From positions 15,825-57,083 of the forward strand of contig CAZFSG010000002.1 of the NCBI GenBank assembly GCA_964521665.1: a stretch of DNA of 41,259 nt, in the 5' to 3' direction. Positions 36,286-41,259 of the stretch are shown here, in pieces. The notes under the pieces were generated by a model. The model saw only the letters and a list, made by a program, of their open reading frames with translations, was not told where the DNA came from and did not search any database. This stretch comes from an uncultured Elusimicrobia bacterium. Lineage in GTDB: Bacteria; Elusimicrobiota; Endomicrobiia; DTEH01. The translations under genes were made by a program, and so were the position numbers. How positions within the stretch are numbered: position 1 is the first letter of the stretch; each line of letters starts with the position of its first letter.

Positions 36286-38475
36286 TCATACATTCCAAAA
36301 TTCTTTTATATATGAAGTATCCGGATGGATAATTTCTACTATACCCTCTCCAGGTATACGTTCAAGTTCAAAAGTTTTATTATCTACAATTTTTTCTACT
36401 AAGACAAAAAATTTTATTTGTTCACCAGGAGATGTCTGAAGAATAGAAAACGGTATTTTAAGTTCAACAACTTTATCTATTTTTATATACTCAAATTCTT
36501 GTTGTTTATTCTCAGAAAATACCATCAAATATTTATTATTTCCTTTCTTAAGTTCAAATTTTATACGATATACACATTGTTCTTTTGGCGTACATAAAAA
36601 TATGGAAACAACTATATTTTGTTTATCTATTTCTGTCTTGTTATAATCCATTCTTAAATATATATCTTCGGTTGAAAAACCAAAGTATAAACAGGACAAT
36701 ATTTTAGTTGTTTGATGCATTGAAGAGGTTAATGGCACAATTTTTCCTGCTAATGCCCATTCAAAATAACTTGATACTTGACCATCAATTTTTGCTGAGA
36801 TAAATCCCGAAGGCATCTGTATTTCAGTTAATGACACAATTTTTTTAATGGGTAAATTGAGAAATTCAGGCGGTTTCTCACCAAGAAAAATATATATATT
36901 TTTAAGATTTTGTCTGAATAAAAAATCAAACACATCACTATATGAAGTGTAGTGTTCATCACCAAACCACCAATACCAATCAGACCCTTCTGCAATATAT
37001 ATTTCTTGCCAACATAAATGTTTTATTTCTTTTGTAACATTGGGATTTTGGTTTAAATATTCTTCTAAAAACTTTCTTGTATTATACAAATACTCCCATG
37101 CAGTATTATCTTCTGGATGTCCAATCCATATATTATAATTAGCATTAATCCAAGAACCTGGCCATAAAGTTGTAAGTTTATCAGTTTTTGTATGTGATGA
37201 AATAAAATCTGAGATGAGTACTGTTTCAAACAATTTATGTTCTGTCAACATTTTGTATAATTCGGAAAGGAAATCTTCTCCATCATTAGGATAGAATTCC
37301 CAACAATTTTCACCATCAAGAATTATACTTACTAACGCATCTTCAGCATTATTGTTATGATATACTTTGTTGTATATTTTAATAAGTTTTTTTTCAATAT
37401 CTTTTACTGCATCAATATGATTCCATCGCTGATAAACAAAACTTATGCTATCAGAAATTTCTCTATCTCTAAAAATTACATATATAGGTTGGTGATTACC
37501 TATTTCTACTTGATAATGTTTGTATATAACCTCTCTTTGTGGATAATTTTTTGTCATCATATATATAGATTTTCTTAGAATTTCTTCGTCAGTAGCAAAC
37601 CATCTTATACCATATTTGTCTAACAAAGGAATAATATCGTTTGAAACAGAGCCTTCTGATGGCCAAAAACCTTTTGGAGAAATATCAAAAAGTTTTTCGT
37701 ATAACTCTTTTGCTAACTTAATTTGTTCTTCAGCATCTTCTACTAACTTGACATAATTTCTTGGTAATACAACATTAGGGTTAGAAATTTTTGCTTTTGC
37801 AGGATCACAAAGTAGCGGTAGTATAGGATGATAAAATGCTGATACTGAAACTTCAATTTTACCTTGTTGTTGTAACTCTTTAAGTTTTTTAGGTATTTCT
37901 TTACAGATCATTCTTTGTTTTTTCACTATAATATGTTTATCTTCTTCAGTATAATTTTTTTCTTTATCAAACAAAGATTTTATTTCGTTATCAACTTTTC
38001 GCCAATAAGGATCAAACCAAACTAAATTTGACCATACTTGTAGATCAAGCCAATCTTGGTTATTAAAATATTTTATTTTTCTTTGAAGGTCGTTATCAGT
38101 AATTTTTATTCCTCGTTGTAATAAAAGTTCGTTATATCTTTTATATGGTTCAATCATTGTTGACCAGTTACAGTTAAAAAAGTTTTTTAAAATATAAACT
38201 TTATCTTCTTCTGTAAGTTGAGAGACATTTTTCAAAGTTAATTCAAGGTGTTTATCAATAGCATCTTTAGCATAATCTTCAAGTTGAACTAATAACGAAG
38301 GGACAAAATTAAAATTAAGTTTTAATTTCTCATATTTTTGTGTCCATATCAACATATCATAATAATCTTTGATTGCATGCAATCTTACCCATGGTAAATA
38401 ATAATAATTTTTTGACAATTCTTTATACAAAGGTTGATGTTGGTGATAAAGTATAGCAATATAAAGTTTTTTCAT
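36286..38475 (-). CDS. Glycoside hydrolase family 57 (amylopullulanase-like) with C-terminal beta-sandwich domain
   Basis: HQHQP, PWVRLH, HPILPLL, GFWPSEG (nucleophile Glu), LDGENCWE (acid/base Asp), AEGSDWYWW. Confidence 0.93.
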   Translation of the reverse strand: MKKLYIAILYHQHQPLYKELSKNYYYLPWVRLHAIKDYYDMLIWTQKYEKLKLNFNFVPSLLVQLEDYAKDAIDKHLELTLKNVSQLTEEDKVYILKNFFNCNWSTMIEPYKRYNELLLQRGIKITDNDLQRKIKYFNNQDWLDLQVWSNLVWFDPYWRKVDNEIKSLFDKEKNYTEEDKHIIVKKQRMICKEIPKKLKELQQQGKIEVSVSAFYHPILPLLCDPAKAKISNPNVVLPRNYVKLVEDAEEQIKLAKELYEKLFDISPKGFWPSEGSVSNDIIPLLDKYGIRWFATDEEILRKSIYMMTKNYPQREVIYKHYQVEIGNHQPIYVIFRDREISDSISFVYQRWNHIDAVKDIEKKLIKIYNKVYHNNNAEDALVSIILDGENCWEFYPNDGEDFLSELYKMLTEHKLFETVLISDFISSHTKTDKLTTLWPGSWINANYNIWIGHPEDNTAWEYLYNTRKFLEEYLNQNPNVTKEIKHLCWQEIYIAEGSDWYWWFGDEHYTSYSDVFDFLFRQNLKNIYIFLGEKPPEFLNLPIKKIVSLTEIQMPSGFISAKIDGQVSSYFEWALAGKIVPLTSSMHQTTKILSCLYFGFSTEDIYLRMDYNKTEIDKQNIVVSIFLCTPKEQCVYRIKFELKKGNNKYLMVFSENKQQEFEYIKIDKVVELKIPFSILQTSPGEQIKFFVLVEKIVDNKTFELERIPGEGIVEIIHPDTSYIKEFWNV

Positions 38476-38497
38476 ATAAAGTAAAAATATATATTTT

Positions 38498-39817
38498 TTA
38501 AAATTTTGTTTCTACAGAAAACAAAATTTTTGTTGCAGGATCACCTTTAGGTTTATCAAAATATGCATTTCTTACCGGATTAAAAATAGAATATGAAAAC
38601 TTTGTTATTAACAACTCTGAGATCTTATATTTTGCTGAGACTCCGTATTCAAGACCGATAGCTTTTTTAGCACCTAATGTTTTTTCAGTAGATGACGGGT
38701 CAGGTTTATTATCAGGCGCTTCTGGAGAAGAAAATAAATAATACTCTAATCCACAATAAAGTTTTCTTAATGGGTTAACATTAAGCTCTAACCCTAAAAC
38801 AAAAACGCCTGAATATCCATCAGGTAAATCAAAAAATATTGTCCTTGAGTTAGCTTTTGCAAACTCGCCAAACCCATAAAGCTCTGTATAGTTATATACT
38901 TTAGTAAATGTTGGAGAAAAAACTGAGGTTTCTGTCCCTCCTGAAGACAATAGCCACACCATCCCTGCAACAGATTCGCCTAAGAATTTATTTTTACCTT
39001 TTACCTTGCCACGGAAATACCATAAACTGCCAGTATAATTTTCATTAGTAGACAACTTTTTTCCTTGCTGTATTACATATTCAAAAATATAGTCAAAATT
39101 TTTTTGTTCTTGTTTAACAAAAAATTCATAATAGACTTTTTTGTTGTTTTTTATTTCATCATTTTCAATAACATAATTTATCCCAAAATCATAACCAGAA
39201 TAAAACTTACTTCCTAGTAAAAAACTGTATAAATCAAACTTACTTCCATCTTGAGAACCAAAAACAGAATTTATTCTTGCAACTAAACTATTTATATAAA
39301 AATATTTACTAAAAACAAAATCTATTGAAACACCATCATAACCTATTTTGTTATCACCAACAACTAACCCTTCAACAAACTCTTTTCTTTGTCTACCAAA
39401 TACAACTTCTAACAAAATACCTTCTACTGAAAATTTTATATATGGTATAGGAAAAATATCAACTACATATTTATATTTTGCATAACATTCTGTTATCCAG
39501 GGCAAAAATTCAATATTTGGATAAGGTATATTTTTTTCCCAACTATACAGTTTTGTTGATGACGATACTATTTTTCCAAACTCACCTAAAGAACACACCC
39601 CCGTTTTAAATTCAAGATTATCAATTTGTGTTTTTAGTTCTATATTAAGATTTGAATAAATCTTTGTCACATTATCAGTAGATGTAGAGAAGTCAAAATC
39701 AAGATTTGAATAGTTATTATATGACATTTTATAATATGTATCAAGATATAATTTTGTGCCTGAAAAAGATATCTGATTAAAAAGTATAAAAAAAGAAATT
39801 ATTATTATTATTTTCAT
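38498..39817 (-). CDS. Putative outer-membrane beta-barrel protein (possibly alginate-export-like)
   Basis: Signal peptide, alternating aromatic/hydrophobic strands, FGRQ....GLVVG...YDG segment, C-terminal ...LFSVETKF. Confidence 0.65.
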   Translation of the reverse strand: MKIIIIISFFILFNQISFSGTKLYLDTYYKMSYNNYSNLDFDFSTSTDNVTKIYSNLNIELKTQIDNLEFKTGVCSLGEFGKIVSSSTKLYSWEKNIPYPNIEFLPWITECYAKYKYVVDIFPIPYIKFSVEGILLEVVFGRQRKEFVEGLVVGDNKIGYDGVSIDFVFSKYFYINSLVARINSVFGSQDGSKFDLYSFLLGSKFYSGYDFGINYVIENDEIKNNKKVYYEFFVKQEQKNFDYIFEYVIQQGKKLSTNENYTGSLWYFRGKVKGKNKFLGESVAGMVWLLSSGGTETSVFSPTFTKVYNYTELYGFGEFAKANSRTIFFDLPDGYSGVFVLGLELNVNPLRKLYCGLEYYLFSSPEAPDNKPDPSSTEKTLGAKKAIGLEYGVSAKYKISELLITKFSYSIFNPVRNAYFDKPKGDPATKILFSVETKF

Positions 39818-39828
39818 TTGTTCTAAAA

Positions 39829-41259
39829 TCAGAATTTATATACTACACTAATTTGTGAAAACAAGGTTTCAGGAACACCGCTTATAATATATGTCCCAGT
39901 AAACAACACATTTTGTCTTATTACAAAATCTAATATCACTTTGTCTTTTATTTTTGTTCTTGCACCAAATGAAACATTTGTAGTATATCCTGCAACATTA
40001 TCATTTCTTGTTTCTTTCTCAGTTATGTTTGACAAAGGAAATTGTGTCCCATTCCAACCGCCATAGTCAGGATCTACAACTTTGATATTTTCCATTGCTG
40101 AGACAACTTTGTTTATTCCACTTGATAAAGACAAAAAATTTGTTATTTTATATTCGCAAGCAAGATAAAATGGAATATTTATTCTGTTAGATTCGTATTT
40201 ATATTCTTGATCCACTCCTTTGCGATCTATTAACATTTGTCTCCTTTTCTCATTTATATTAACAGAATCAACAAAAATGTTTGTCCCTATAATAAAAAGT
40301 ATCTTAGGCGTAAGGTAAAGATTTGTAGCAGCACCTATAGTTAAAAAACTTCTTACATAATTCTGTTCCCTTTTATAATATACATCTCTGTCAGTAGAGA
40401 CAAATTGGTTATCAAGGTTTGTATCAGTTTTTCTTAAAAACTCATTTGATAAATCTGTATAGTAGTAATCAAAAATTGTTACAATAGAAACATTTTTATT
40501 TTTTTCATATATACCACGTAGTGTAACCTCAGGTGTTAAACTTCCCTTTGTTGTAAACGAATAATCATCATTTATAACAAATTTTTCACCATTGTAAACT
40601 TCGTCAATATATCTATTGTTAACATTATGTATCCCTAAATTTATGATAATATCAAAAGTGTTAAAAAAATAAAAATTTGACAGTCTTGTACTTAACATCA
40701 ACCATATTTCTGAAGAACGTAGTTCTTCAGTATATTTTACATCATTCACTGCTGTAGCAGGTTGAGTAACACTACTTTCAGTTTTATATGACGAATTTGA
40801 TGCATAAAAAACAGATAATCCCAATGGTATTGACAAAATTTTATCACTACCAAAGAAAATGTCAAACTTGTTATAAAGTTTTAAAGGGAGCATAGAAGTA
40901 CCCGCAGGTGAATTTTCTACAGCAGAAACATCAGAACTTACTGCTTGTTGCCCAGCAGAAGACACCAACCCCCAATAAGGCCTACCAAAAAACAATCCTA
41001 TAGTTCCTGGTAATACAAAATCTATTTTTTGGGAGATACCACCCCATTGGTTGTCTATTGAAAGGTTTCCATTAACATTGGGTTGAGAAGTTGACCCATT
41101 AGCAGTGCCAACTTCTGCCCAAATTTGATTCGGATAATTAACAATTTCGTAAGGATTTAACCATATCAATGTATCGTCTTCTTTTAACATCCAAAACGGT
41201 ACACCTAATGACGAAACTCTACTCCATGTCGCAAAAGATTGTAGATAAAATACTGTTAG
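39829..41259 (-). CDS. Putative outer-membrane beta-barrel protein, 5' end beyond window
   Basis: Frame is open from the window end (LTVFYLQSFA/TWSRVSSLG..., signal-peptide end) through ORF-track start 41190; amphipathic strands; C-terminal SQISVVYKF. Confidence 0.65.
   Translation of the reverse strand, partial: LTVFYLQSFATWSRVSSLGVPFWMLKEDDTLIWLNPYEIVNYPNQIWAEVGTANGSTSQPNVNGNLSIDNQWGGISQKIDFVLPGTIGLFFGRPYWGLVSSAGQQAVSSDVSAVENSPAGTSMLPLKLYNKFDIFFGSDKILSIPLGLSVFYASNSSYKTESSVTQPATAVNDVKYTEELRSSEIWLMLSTRLSNFYFFNTFDIIINLGIHNVNNRYIDEVYNGEKFVINDDYSFTTKGSLTPEVTLRGIYEKNKNVSIVTIFDYYYTDLSNEFLRKTDTNLDNQFVSTDRDVYYKREQNYVRSFLTIGAATNLYLTPKILFIIGTNIFVDSVNINEKRRQMLIDRKGVDQEYKYESNRINIPFYLACEYKITNFLSLSSGINKVVSAMENIKVVDPDYGGWNGTQFPLSNITEKETRNDNVAGYTTNVSFGARTKIKDKVILDFVIRQNVLFTGTYIISGVPETLFSQISVVYKF

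Noticed and set aside
542-37578. Short antisense or nested ORFs in the track (e.g. 542-787, 1478-1888, 3379-3843, 8542-8988, 10037-10432, 23406-23762, 24693-25196, 34875-35183, 35826-36439)
   Set aside because: They are shadows of well-supported genes on the opposite strand, with no motifs or RBS.

Overview
AT-rich, densely packed bacterial chromosome segment from a diderm (outer-membrane beta-barrels are present). An Elusimicrobiota-like origin is my impression only. A short + strand block (panD, Cas4/AddB-like nuclease-GAF-GGDEF fusion, M50-like protease, polyprenol/DAG kinase, ABC ATPase, queH, aroD) converges on a ~26 kb - strand run: sugar-phosphate nucleotidyltransferase/PMM-like fusion, cutA, def, fmt, DUF116, hemW, a four-gene motor-like module, orphan histidine kinase, amidase, murI, queDCE, DUF62, rlmI-like, queF, murC, murB, ddl, ftsQ-like, ftsA, ftsZ, pilT-like, pgeF. 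After a divergent PBP1A come a stand-alone aspartokinase beta-like (ACT) gene, a GTAG-type REP doublet, an orphan cas6, a GH57 and two beta-barrel genes. The best candidate for a new system is 22479-26275: a signal-peptide/FliF-RBM3/TM/FliG(M+C) fusion with MotA and two MotB paralogues, one with the essential Asp and one with Asn, and no other flagellar gene in the window. This looks like a minimal rotor-stator motor without a switch or export gate. Second is a diguanylate cyclase whose N-terminal domain is an Fe-S Cas4/AddB-like nuclease fold with a catalytic Asp->Asn change, interrupted by two compensating poly-A indels. I saw no CRISPR array, tRNA, rRNA or transposase. All calls come from motif recognition by eye; no searches were run.
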